A DNA stretch of 64,000 nucleotides from an uncultured Acidobacteriota bacterium (GTDB lineage: Bacteria; Acidobacteriota; Terriglobia; Terriglobales; Acidobacteriaceae). This document shows positions 56,498-64,000 of the stretch, piece after piece. Numbering within the stretch: the stretch's first letter is position 1; each line of letters opens with the position of its first letter. The stretch is from NCBI GenBank assembly GCA_963758005.1, contig CAVWTR010000001.1:7737-71736 (forward strand). Reading direction: 5' to 3'. Position numbers and translations under genes: made by a program. The notes under the pieces were generated by a model. The model ran no database searches. It saw only the letters and a list, made by a program, of their open reading frames with translations, and was not told the DNA's origin.

Positions 56498-56929
56498 TTA
56501 CACCGAGTCGTTCACGCTTTCGCCGGGGGCATATAACAACGTCGGCGATACGAAGAACTTATTGGAAAGCACCGCATCGATGGCACAGAGCAGATCCATG
56601 CTCAACCGCGATTTCACAACGTAGGCCGACGCGCCCGCCCCCATGGCGGCGTTTACAAAGTCCGAGTCTTCGTGGACTGAGAGGAAAATGATCTTGGCAC
56701 TACACCCGGAATCTCGCAGCTGCCGGGCTATATCGATTCCGCTCACTGCTCCCATGGAAATATCAAGGGAGACGACAGTGGGCCGGAGGCGGAAATATTC
56801 GCGGACGACCGCTGCCCCGTCGGAGATGGCGGCAACGACCTTGCAATCCGTTTCCCTTTCCAGCATCGTGCGAACATGGTCGAGTACAGCGACGTTGTCG
56901 TCGGCCAGAAGGACGGTTTTTCTTGGCAC
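56498..56929 (-). CDS. NarL-type receiver protein lacking the HTH
   Basis: TVLLADDNVAVLDHVRTML...TVVSLDISMGAVSG...AYVVKS. It ends without an output domain. Its stop is 7 nt from the sortase ORF start. Confidence 0.85.
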   Translation of the reverse strand: MPRKTVLLADDNVAVLDHVRTMLERETDCKVVAAISDGAAVVREYFRLRPTVVSLDISMGAVSGIDIARQLRDSGCSAKIIFLSVHEDSDFVNAAMGAGASAYVVKSRLSMDLLCAIDAVLSNKFFVSPTLLYAPGESVNDSV

Positions 56930-57105
56930 AGACCCGCCTCTCGATGGCTGGAGGTGATTGCACCCTGCGGTTTAGCGGTCGCCGTTTGGGGTTGCCTGAG
57001 ACCCACAGGCCCATCGGCCAGTCTTCACTAACTTGGTCATGGTATTTTGACCTAGAACTGGTCGGCTACTGTCAAAATTGACAATCGCGCAATAGCAGCT
57101 AAACC

Positions 57106-60072
57106 CTAGTCAGCCGCGGAATCCGCCACCCCGCGAACCACTTTCTTGGTAACCGGAACACGGCCTTCCACCTGTGTGCCAAGGGATGGTTTCGACCAGA
57201 CTGCAAATTCGCCGCCCACCGACCGCAGACGCTCCTTCATGCTGACCAGTCCAAGTCCGTGCTTACTTCGCAGGTCCTCCGGATTGAAGCCATTTCCGTC
57301 GTCGGAAACCCGTAACTGGACAACACTCGATCGGCAGGTCATTTCCACCTTCACATGACGGGCATGGCTGTGCTTGACCGCATTGCGCAGCGACTCCTGA
57401 GCCGTCCGGAACAAGCTCAGCGATATATTTTCCTCGAGATCCTGGGGCAGATCCTGCACTACACACTCGATTTTGATCTTGTGCTGCTGCGAAAACTCAC
57501 GGCAGAGATCGCGCACGGCTGCTGCGAGCCCAAGGTAGTGCAGCTTTGATGGATGCAACTGATGAGATATGTGCTGGATGTCAGTTGCGATTTCGTTGGT
57601 CAGCTGCCAAAGTTCCTGCAGTCCCTTCTGAGGGACAGATGCGTTGTGGGCCGACATGGCCTGTTCAAATTCCTGGAGTCCGTTCGCCAGCAACGCCAGC
57701 CTCTGGTTGATGTCGTCGTGCAACTCGCGGGCAATTCGGCTCCGCTCTTCTTCTTGTGCTTCCATTAGCCTCCGGCCCACGGTGGAAAGAGCCTCTTCGG
57801 CGAGCTTGCGATCCGTGATGTCGATACAAGAACCGATGTAGCCGGCAAAAGAATTGTCGGAGTTGAATCTCGGCACGCCGGCATCGAAGATCCAGCGATA
57901 CTCGCCGTCATGTCGCCGGAGACGATACTGCATCTCGAACGGCTGACGTGCATCGAACGCCCTGGTATACGTATCCAGGCACGCCGTGAAGTCGTCAGGA
58001 TGAACTCCTTCTGTCCATCCGTTTCCAAGCTCCGCCCCCAGAGGTCTGCCCGTAAATTCGAGCCAGGGCTGATTGAAGTAATCGCACAGCTTGTCGAGAC
58101 CGGACGTCCAGATCATCACTGGAGCGGTGTTCGCCACCAGTCTGAACCGCCTCTCGCTCTCTAGCAGAGCCTGTTCTCCCCGCATGCGATCGGTAATATC
58201 GCGAGCAATCTCGGAAGCGCCCACGATCTTGCCCGTCCCATCTCTCACTGGAGATATGGTGAGTGAGACATCAATCTTTTTTCCCTCCTTGGTGGCCCTG
58301 AGCGTTTCGTAGCGCTCAACATTCTCCCCCGCTCTGGCTTTTTGCAGAATTGCTTTCTCTTCCTCCCGAAGCTCGGGCGGGATAAGAATCGTAATGGGTT
58401 GACCCAGCGCTTCCGCTTCGCGGAATCCGAAGATTTGCTCTGCGCCCCGATTCCAACTCACGATGATTCCGTCCAGGTTCTTGGAGATAATCGCATCGTC
58501 AGAGGATTCCACAATCGAAGCCAGCCGCGATCGAGCCTCCTCGGCGCGCTTGCGCTCGGTGATGTCCTGGATTGTGCCGCGAAGGAAGGACACGCGATCC
58601 CTGAGATCTCGAACCGCCACCGCACGAACGCTGACCCAGCCATGACTGCCATCGGCGCGCACCAATCCCAAATCAAGTTCCCGAAACGAGCCAGATCGCG
58701 AAGCCTCTTCCATCGCGGTACTCAGTCGATGCCAGCTTTCTGGGCTCAGCAGCTGTGCGAGTTCCTCGTAGGATGGAGCGGGCGAACTGGAATCGCGTCC
58801 GAAGATGCGATAAATCTCGTCTGACCAGGATAGGGTCTTACTCTTGGTATCCCAAAGCCAGTTGCCCATGTGCGCGATACCTTGCGCTTCCGCGAGTTCC
58901 GCTTCCTTTCGGCGCAGGGTTTCCTGAGCGCGCTTGCGCTTGCTGACATTGCGCGCCAGCAAAATGATCAGCACTGTCTGGATGAGCAGAATCGCGGAAA
59001 GCCCCAGGATTCTCCAACCGTAAAGCTCCCACGGGGAGTATTGCCAGTAGCGTACTTCGCCTTCCTTGGGAAGCTCGCTCTCCGGGATTCCCCAGCGGTG
59101 CGATTCACGCCAGTCGATCGCGTAGTGCTGAAAATCGCCAGTGGCAACGGGGATTTTCTCCGGCTTCTCGCCCTTCAGAATGCGCAGTCCATCATCTCCC
59201 AGGATTCGTCCCACCTCGCCGAGATCGGCTACGCTTCCCCCCACCACTCCCGCGCCTACCACGGAAGAAAACGTTCCGTAGATCGGGCGGTTTGCCGCCT
59301 TTGAAATCGCTGGCAGAATACGAGCAGGAATAAACCGCTCCCCATGAGAGTCCGTTACGAAATCGAGGAACACAATGATGGTGTCAGCCTGCACGTTTCC
59401 CAGCCGAGGGCCCAGTTCTGAAAACTGCAGGTCGGTCCAGTATTGAAAATCCGGATTCGACTCATACGAGCGATACTGCTCGCGCGCTTTCTTTACATCG
59501 AGTTTCTCGGCGTCCGAGCTGCCCGAAATGACGATCACGTGCGAAGTGCCAGGATTTTGACGCAAAGCCAGCTGCAGGGTGGGAAGATAATTCGCATTTC
59601 GGATTACACCGGTTCTGCCCCGTTCGTTATTTAGCCAACTTGAAGGCTTCTGAGGATCCGTCACAAAGAAGACGAGCCCAGCGTCTGGGAACAGCTTCGC
59701 TCGAATCTTTTCCGCGAAAGCTACGGTATCTTCGTCGATAGCAATCACCAGGTCGAAGGTCTGTCCGTGGTACTTCTGGAGCAGATACGAAGCCGTTGCT
59801 CGCTGGTGTGACGGATCCTCGAAAGATGAGGAACCTTCGAGATATTCAAAACTGAAATGAACCGGCCTGTTGGAGCCATCAAGAATGTGGGTTTCGGTCT
59901 GCTCGATCATCGCGGCGACGTCGGGCAAGTCCGGATCCGCGGAGGAAAGGAAAAGCACTTCGATTTCTTGTCCCGAGCGGCGGGGATCGCTGGAGGTATT
60001 CGCTGCCACGCTCGTTAATACGACGAAACAAAGAACAAGAATGTAGAGCGCCGCAAACCGCGAAGTAACCAC
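57106..60072 (-). CDS. Sensor histidine kinase: periplasmic ABC-substrate-binding-like domain, TM, 3 x PAS, HisKA_3, HATPase
   Basis: A signal/anchor is followed by a periplasmic domain of ~330 aa (VLFLSSADPDLPD...VIVISGSSD...IIVFLDFVTD...), then TM helix ILGLSAILLIQTVLIILLA, then PAS/PAC blocks. H-box RSRIARELHDDINQ, N-box AQESLRNAVKHS, G1 SDDGNGF, G2 GLGLVSMKERL. Confidence 0.88.
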   Translation of the reverse strand: MVTSRFAALYILVLCFVVLTSVAANTSSDPRRSGQEIEVLFLSSADPDLPDVAAMIEQTETHILDGSNRPVHFSFEYLEGSSSFEDPSHQRATASYLLQKYHGQTFDLVIAIDEDTVAFAEKIRAKLFPDAGLVFFVTDPQKPSSWLNNERGRTGVIRNANYLPTLQLALRQNPGTSHVIVISGSSDAEKLDVKKAREQYRSYESNPDFQYWTDLQFSELGPRLGNVQADTIIVFLDFVTDSHGERFIPARILPAISKAANRPIYGTFSSVVGAGVVGGSVADLGEVGRILGDDGLRILKGEKPEKIPVATGDFQHYAIDWRESHRWGIPESELPKEGEVRYWQYSPWELYGWRILGLSAILLIQTVLIILLARNVSKRKRAQETLRRKEAELAEAQGIAHMGNWLWDTKSKTLSWSDEIYRIFGRDSSSPAPSYEELAQLLSPESWHRLSTAMEEASRSGSFRELDLGLVRADGSHGWVSVRAVAVRDLRDRVSFLRGTIQDITERKRAEEARSRLASIVESSDDAIISKNLDGIIVSWNRGAEQIFGFREAEALGQPITILIPPELREEEKAILQKARAGENVERYETLRATKEGKKIDVSLTISPVRDGTGKIVGASEIARDITDRMRGEQALLESERRFRLVANTAPVMIWTSGLDKLCDYFNQPWLEFTGRPLGAELGNGWTEGVHPDDFTACLDTYTRAFDARQPFEMQYRLRRHDGEYRWIFDAGVPRFNSDNSFAGYIGSCIDITDRKLAEEALSTVGRRLMEAQEEERSRIARELHDDINQRLALLANGLQEFEQAMSAHNASVPQKGLQELWQLTNEIATDIQHISHQLHPSKLHYLGLAAAVRDLCREFSQQHKIKIECVVQDLPQDLEENISLSLFRTAQESLRNAVKHSHARHVKVEMTCRSSVVQLRVSDDGNGFNPEDLRSKHGLGLVSMKERLRSVGGEFAVWSKPSLGTQVEGRVPVTKKVVRGVADSAAD

Positions 60073-60339
60073 GGCAGCCTTACAACATCGCGGATTTCGC
60101 GCTGTAGACGTATTAAATACTCTTTCATTTCAATCGAGTTTGCACTTTAGAACAACCGCGCCCGAGACCGGGCCGACTTTGGTACCGATTTACCGGTGCC
60201 CGATCACCGTGATCCATACCACATTTGGCTCCAGTCCTTAATCGCTTACCGGATGATGAATTCCATGGTGCGATGGGGGGCGACGTGTCACTACTGTCAG
60301 TCTTGACAGTGCGCCCAGTAAAGCAATGTCGGCAAATTA

Positions 60340-60367
60340 AGGCCCGGCAAACAAGGCCCGGCAAACA
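60340..60367 (+). repeat. 14-bp tandem duplication (intergenic)
   Basis: The unit aggcccggcaaaca occurs twice. A partial cggcaaa lies just upstream. Confidence 0.9.
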
Positions 60368-60498
60368 ACGAACGCTAATCATAGCGCTCTCGGGTTGAAG
60401 AAGAAAATCTGGAGGGAAAGTACCAGACCGCAATATGAGACGGCCCCAACGTTTCTCTGGATGGCCTCAATGCACCGTTGCGGTGCTCATCGCCACGC

Positions 60499-61128
60499 TC
60501 ACATTGCCTCCTCTTTCTGCATTCTTGTGACGACGAGCTTAACCAATCCTCTGATGGCTTTGTGAACATCGGACGGGTCGAAGGTGTCGGTGATCCCGGT
60601 CCAAACCAACTGCCCATCCGGCGCAGACGTAACATAGAGGTTGGTTTCAATGCGTACTTTTTTCTCTTGTTGCAGGTAGCCGGGCGAGTAAACAACCGGA
60701 TACAACGTGCCGTAATAGCCATAGAAGGTGTTGTAGTAAGGAAAAGCTACCGTATACGGTATACCTGGAACGTAGGTGACAGTATTGTCCACTTTGATCA
60801 GGCGAGAGACGACCACGGCTTCGATGTGGTTCGCCCGGATCTGCTCCTTCAGAGTGTTCAAATCCAGCCGCGCTCCCGGCGGGCGAAGCAGAATCGTATT
60901 CCCAGGAACCGCCTCGTACCCTTTACTGGAGAGCTCTGCCGCCAGTGCATCCTCAAAGTCGGCGCGAATCTCTGTCCTGTCGCTCAGACCCAACGCCAAT
61001 ACCCGATGGAACTTTGTCGTGGGAGCGTAATCGGGATTTCTCCAGCTCATGATCAGCTTGCTGGACTTGCCGAAGAGTAACGTAGCCGCCGATAAAACGA
61101 TGGCGATCGCCAGAAGTTTACGATACAC
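60499..61128 (-). CDS. Secreted hypothetical protein (distantly DUF4136-like)
   Basis: GTG start. Signal LLAIAIVLSAATLLFG. The layout of alternating beta-like segments is similar to the two DUF4136 neighbours. The assignment is weak. Confidence 0.55.
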   Translation of the reverse strand: MYRKLLAIAIVLSAATLLFGKSSKLIMSWRNPDYAPTTKFHRVLALGLSDRTEIRADFEDALAAELSSKGYEAVPGNTILLRPPGARLDLNTLKEQIRANHIEAVVVSRLIKVDNTVTYVPGIPYTVAFPYYNTFYGYYGTLYPVVYSPGYLQQEKKVRIETNLYVTSAPDGQLVWTGITDTFDPSDVHKAIRGLVKLVVTRMQKEEAM

Positions 61129-61173
61129 AGTGCCTCAGTTCCCGATTGCGAGCGTTATTCACTTTTCGGCCCC

Positions 61174-61647
61174 TCAAGCGTCTGCCTTTACATGTTTTGG
61201 CGACTGCCGCTCGAAATAAAAAGCAATCGCCAAGGCAAGAATCAGGGCCGCGATTCCTAACAGAGTCAAGCTCGGCACCACATTGGGTTCTTCAATAATA
61301 ACCTTGCGCGCCATGGCGATGAGCGCAACTTCGAGCACAACGCGCACATGAATGGCGTCTTTCTTAAGGTACGCCTTCAGCGTCTCCAGCAACTCGACTC
61401 CGATCAGCACCAGCAGAAAATATCCAAAGATCTCGAGTAGCCCTTGCACCCGAATGAGAAAACGAGGCGGCGTCCAGACTTCCTCGGCAATCAGCATCCC
61501 CAAGTGCAGCGCGGAAAGCACTACGACGAGAGCGAGCATTCCAGCCAGAACTACAACGACGAACTTCTGTACTTTGGTGAGCAGCGTTTCCAACAGAGCT
61601 CCTTCATGTTCATCGCGGTTCGGCAGGCGCGTTCGCTGAACTGACAC
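61174..61647 (-). CDS. PsiE-like (phosphate-starvation-inducible E family) membrane protein
   Basis: Four helices. Central motif GVELLETLKAYLKKDAIHVRVVLEVALIAMARKVI is typical of PsiE-family proteins. Confidence 0.65.
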   Translation of the reverse strand: MSVQRTRLPNRDEHEGALLETLLTKVQKFVVVVLAGMLALVVVLSALHLGMLIAEEVWTPPRFLIRVQGLLEIFGYFLLVLIGVELLETLKAYLKKDAIHVRVVLEVALIAMARKVIIEEPNVVPSLTLLGIAALILALAIAFYFERQSPKHVKADA

Positions 61648-61652
61648 TTCCC

Positions 61653-62207
61653 TTACTTGCCCGGCTTCGGCGGGAAATCCTTAAGAAGCTTGGCCATCGC
61701 TTTGTTCAGACGATCCTGGTTCTTGTTCGGATCCTTGCTCGGGTTTAAGGTCTTGGTTGCTTGACCTCGCCAGAGCAGCTTTTGCGACGACGGATCGTAG
61801 AAATCGAGCCCCAGTGTGCCAATTTGAATCGTGGTACTCGTGAGGGTAGCCATGCCCCCACTCATGCGCCAACCTCCGCCCGTACCGTAAGCGTTCCACT
61901 GTTGCTCATGCGTGATGGACAATTGGTAGCCGACATACAGATCGGCCTTGTCGTCACCGGTTTTCGTCATCCCTTTCAAAACTAATTGGGCATCAATCGC
62001 TTGCTTGATTTGCTGGTCCAGAATCTGATCCGGTTGCTCGACCCCTTGGATTGCAACCCACTTGTACGTCTTGAACCTTGAGAAGTCGGTTCCCGGCATG
62101 TAATTAGTCTTGATATCCTGTGCCGCCGTCGTTCCCGCCGCAAGCAGAATAAACGCCATGGCTACAGCCGTTCCAACCACTCCATTTTTCAATCTGCAAA
62201 TCATCAC
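61653..62207 (-). CDS. DUF4136-domain secreted/lipoprotein
   Basis: Signal VGTAVAMAFILLAAGTTAAQ. Body reads DFSRFKTYKWV...DLYVGYQL...GTLGLDFYDPSSQKLLWRGQATKTL...AMAKLLKDFPPKP. Confidence 0.75.
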   Translation of the reverse strand: MMICRLKNGVVGTAVAMAFILLAAGTTAAQDIKTNYMPGTDFSRFKTYKWVAIQGVEQPDQILDQQIKQAIDAQLVLKGMTKTGDDKADLYVGYQLSITHEQQWNAYGTGGGWRMSGGMATLTSTTIQIGTLGLDFYDPSSQKLLWRGQATKTLNPSKDPNKNQDRLNKAMAKLLKDFPPKPGK

Positions 62208-62285
62208 AATGCTCCTTCAGGTTGCTGCTGTTGTCCAAACTAACTGCCGACCCTCGCAAGAGACGGGAAGTGAATCACTGGACTT

Positions 62286-62315
62286 TTTTTTGTCGTTATC
62301 TTTTTTGTCGTTATC
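62286..62315 (+). repeat. 15-bp tandem duplication in the divergent intergenic region
   Basis: The unit ttttttgtcgttatc occurs twice (62286-62300 and 62301-62315). Confidence 0.9.
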
Positions 62316-62553
62316 TAAGGAAGTCGTCAGACTCTCGGTCGGCTTCTCATGAACGGAATTTGTCCTCCCTAGCGTAGTCGAGCGCCAGTGCCTCCTGAAC
62401 TGTAAGTTCTGCCAGTCTTTGATTATGAATGCCTGGCTGCATTCCCGAAGGCATTCGCCAAAGCTGTAAGTTATGACAGTTTCGTTCCACGTAGCCCGTC
62501 CGTAGTGTCGAGGAGACATCCACGTCCGGCGTGCTGAATGCAGGAGAGCAGAA

Positions 62554-63081
62554 ATGACAAGTGGTCGCGGTTGGTTCTTGGCGCTACTGATTTTGGCTGT
62601 TCTCACAAATGTTGGCACAGCCCAGAAAATCAAGGTCGGATACGACAAGAGCGCGGATTTCTCAAAATACAAGACCTACACGTGGGCAAAAGCCGACCAT
62701 CCCATCGAACGGCCACAGCTGTACCAGCTCGTGGTGCAGACGATTGACCAGGATCTGACTGCAAGGGGACTGGCACGGGTTGAATCGAACGGTGACCTTA
62801 CCCTGACCGCCGGCGGAGGAATCGACTTTGGCTACAACATGCCCGCAACGGCAGGTTTGGATACAGGCATGGTGTACGGGACAGACGTAGCTCCTGTCCT
62901 GTTAGCGCCGCTCGTAGCGAAGGGAACGCTCGTTTTACAGTTCGTGGATCGAAGCGCCACCAAGACAGTATGGCGAGGAACGGTCATGCAGAAGCTGGAC
63001 CCGGAGCAAAAAGACCAAGCCGTGATTCTGGCACAAAAGGCGATTGACAAGTTGCTGAAGGACTTCCCGCCCAAGCATTAA
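62554..63081 (+). CDS. DUF4136-domain secreted/lipoprotein
   Basis: An AGGAG Shine-Dalgarno precedes the ATG. Signal WFLALLILAVLTNVGTAQ. Body reads DFSKYKTYTWA...GTLVLQFVDRSATKTVWRGTVMQKL...AIDKLLKDFPPK, paralogous to 61653-62207. Confidence 0.78.
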   Translation: MTSGRGWFLALLILAVLTNVGTAQKIKVGYDKSADFSKYKTYTWAKADHPIERPQLYQLVVQTIDQDLTARGLARVESNGDLTLTAGGGIDFGYNMPATAGLDTGMVYGTDVAPVLLAPLVAKGTLVLQFVDRSATKTVWRGTVMQKLDPEQKDQAVILAQKAIDKLLKDFPPKH

Positions 63082-63181
63082 GGACGACCAACCGGAGAGG
63101 GAAAGCTGTACTTCAACCCAGAACAGCTCTGCCTCGCAATCCTGATATTCCGCACCGATGACCCGCGATCATTCCTGGCAA

Positions 63182-64000
63182 TTATTCGCTGACGACGGTC
63201 CACGTATTATCGGGATCAAACTCAGTCATCGCGGTGGCCGTTTCGTTCGTGGTTTTTCCTAAGTCCTTTTGGAGCAGAACGCCGTCCTGGTTGATGATGA
63301 AGGTCATCACTCCCGAGTTGCCGTATTCGGCGGGGTAGGCGACGAAAGCAAATCCACCGGACATCTTCCCATCGGCCACATACTCCTTCGCGCCGCCTGG
63401 CGCGTGACTTCCCTGCCCTTTGAGCATGCGAAAGTTGTAGCCGTGGAATGGTACGTGCGAGTTTGGCTTCACGGTGTAGCCTTCGTCGGTTGCGAATGCC
63501 GCCAAGGGTCCGAGCGGGCTTTTGGGTTGACCTTCTGCCGACTCCCAGTACAAGCCGTTCTGCTTGCCCGTGTCGCTGATGAACTTCAGAGCGTATTGTT
63601 TTGTGCTTCCACCATCGTGAACCTGTGAAAAGTATTCGGCTTGAGCATCGGCCAGCGCTCCACAAATGTCGATGACTGCCAGTTCATTCCGGCCCACCCG
63701 GCGCGCCAGAATCTCGTCTCTGCCTGCAGCCGTATCAAAGAACCACTGCCCGGCAGGATTTTTCTTCAGTGGAATCGGGAAGGGGAAATTATCGGCCCCT
63801 ACCACTAAGATTTGAGCCCCATCGGGCATCTTGCGCCAGCGATGCATGACTCCATAGGCCGCCACAAAAGCGTCGACTGTGGCCTTGTCCTGCACGGCAT
63901 CGCCAGAGAGGATGATCGCTTTCGAGTCCGAACCAAAAATTGCGAGCAGCGCATTTTGATCGCCCGACTTCGCCGCTTCCAGAAGCCCGTTGCCCGCGTC
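63182..64000 (-). CDS. DUF2950-family protein, 5' end outside window
   Basis: The frame stays open from 63895 to the window edge (DAGNGLLEAAKSGDQNALLAIFG...). DUF2950-like blocks are present: FPFPIPLKK..GQWFFDT, GRNELAVIDICGALADAQAEYF, GLYWES, GGFAFVAYPAEYGNSGVMTFIINQDGVLLQKDLG. Confidence 0.8.
   Translation of the reverse strand, partial: DAGNGLLEAAKSGDQNALLAIFGSDSKAIILSGDAVQDKATVDAFVAAYGVMHRWRKMPDGAQILVVGADNFPFPIPLKKNPAGQWFFDTAAGRDEILARRVGRNELAVIDICGALADAQAEYFSQVHDGGSTKQYALKFISDTGKQNGLYWESAEGQPKSPLGPLAAFATDEGYTVKPNSHVPFHGYNFRMLKGQGSHAPGGAKEYVADGKMSGGFAFVAYPAEYGNSGVMTFIINQDGVLLQKDLGKTTNETATAMTEFDPDNTWTVVSE

Noticed and set aside
57080-57093. TGTCAA-AA-TTGACA palindrome upstream of the receiver-sortase genes as an operator
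   Set aside because: The arms are only 6 bp, a size expected by chance in 64 kb. No second copy occurs in the window. It may simply contain a -35-like TTGACA. Evidence is insufficient to call it a site.
10865-62315. Possibility that the short tandem repeats or the 276-bp repeats represent a CRISPR array
   Set aside because: The repeats are directly abutting with no unique spacers. Units are 13-15 bp (too short) or are in-frame coding units. No cas genes are present.
62217-62672. 151-aa minus-strand ORF in the DUF4136 divergent region
   Set aside because: It overlaps the well-supported plus-strand DUF4136 start (Shine-Dalgarno plus ATG at 62554) and runs through the intergenic 15-bp duplication. 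The sequence is not protein-like.
1-64000. Mobile elements, prophage, integrative islands or defence systems
   Set aside because: I recognised no transposase, integrase, recombinase, reverse transcriptase, restriction/modification, toxin-antitoxin or phage structural genes. No flanking long direct or inverted repeats are present, and no tRNA integration target.

Overview
GC-rich bacterial chromosomal segment. Its gene content most resembles Acidobacteriota, but that is inference from family content only: a TIGR03436-type VWFA protein, BlaI/BlaR1 with a long coiled-coil tail, TonB-C, large BNR/Asp-box proteins, and the DUF4136, DUF3300 and DUF2950 families. About 60 genes can be supported. I saw no rRNA, tRNA, CRISPR array, transposase, integrase or phage genes. 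The dominant theme is signal transduction, with 8 histidine kinases and 7 stand-alone receiver proteins. These carry 13 receiver domains in total, and only one is fused to a DNA-binding output. Main points of interest: (1) A soluble 2115-aa hybrid kinase (31279-37626, minus strand) has eleven tandem 92-aa HAMP-type units whose consensus looks like the fungal Nik1/Os-1 group III kinase repeat. The units are near-identical in protein but diverged at synonymous sites. (2) A same-strand module of sensor kinase, receiver, sortase and a single canonical LPKTG-anchored protein (54676-60072) sits in what is presumably a diderm. (3) A trehalose module (41011-46063) combines a GT20 OtsA fused to a TM-loop-TM-HAMP sensor, DUF5752 and a TreT-like GT4. 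A Q/G-rich hydrophilin-like gene precedes it, and no OtsB is present. (4) A seven-gene signalling operon (6997-13949) has an embedded PilZ gene preceded by a 13-bp x4 tandem repeat. (5) Small general-stress-type genes cluster around an ECF sigma factor and three tandem NarL-type receivers. (6) Unrelated genes (pgi, blaR1, possibly the sortase) show single-base frame disruptions. This points to assembly indels or real decay, and I cannot tell which from the sequence alone. (7) Short 13-15-bp tandem duplications recur next to gene starts. All domain calls come from motifs read by eye in the supplied translations. No database search was run.
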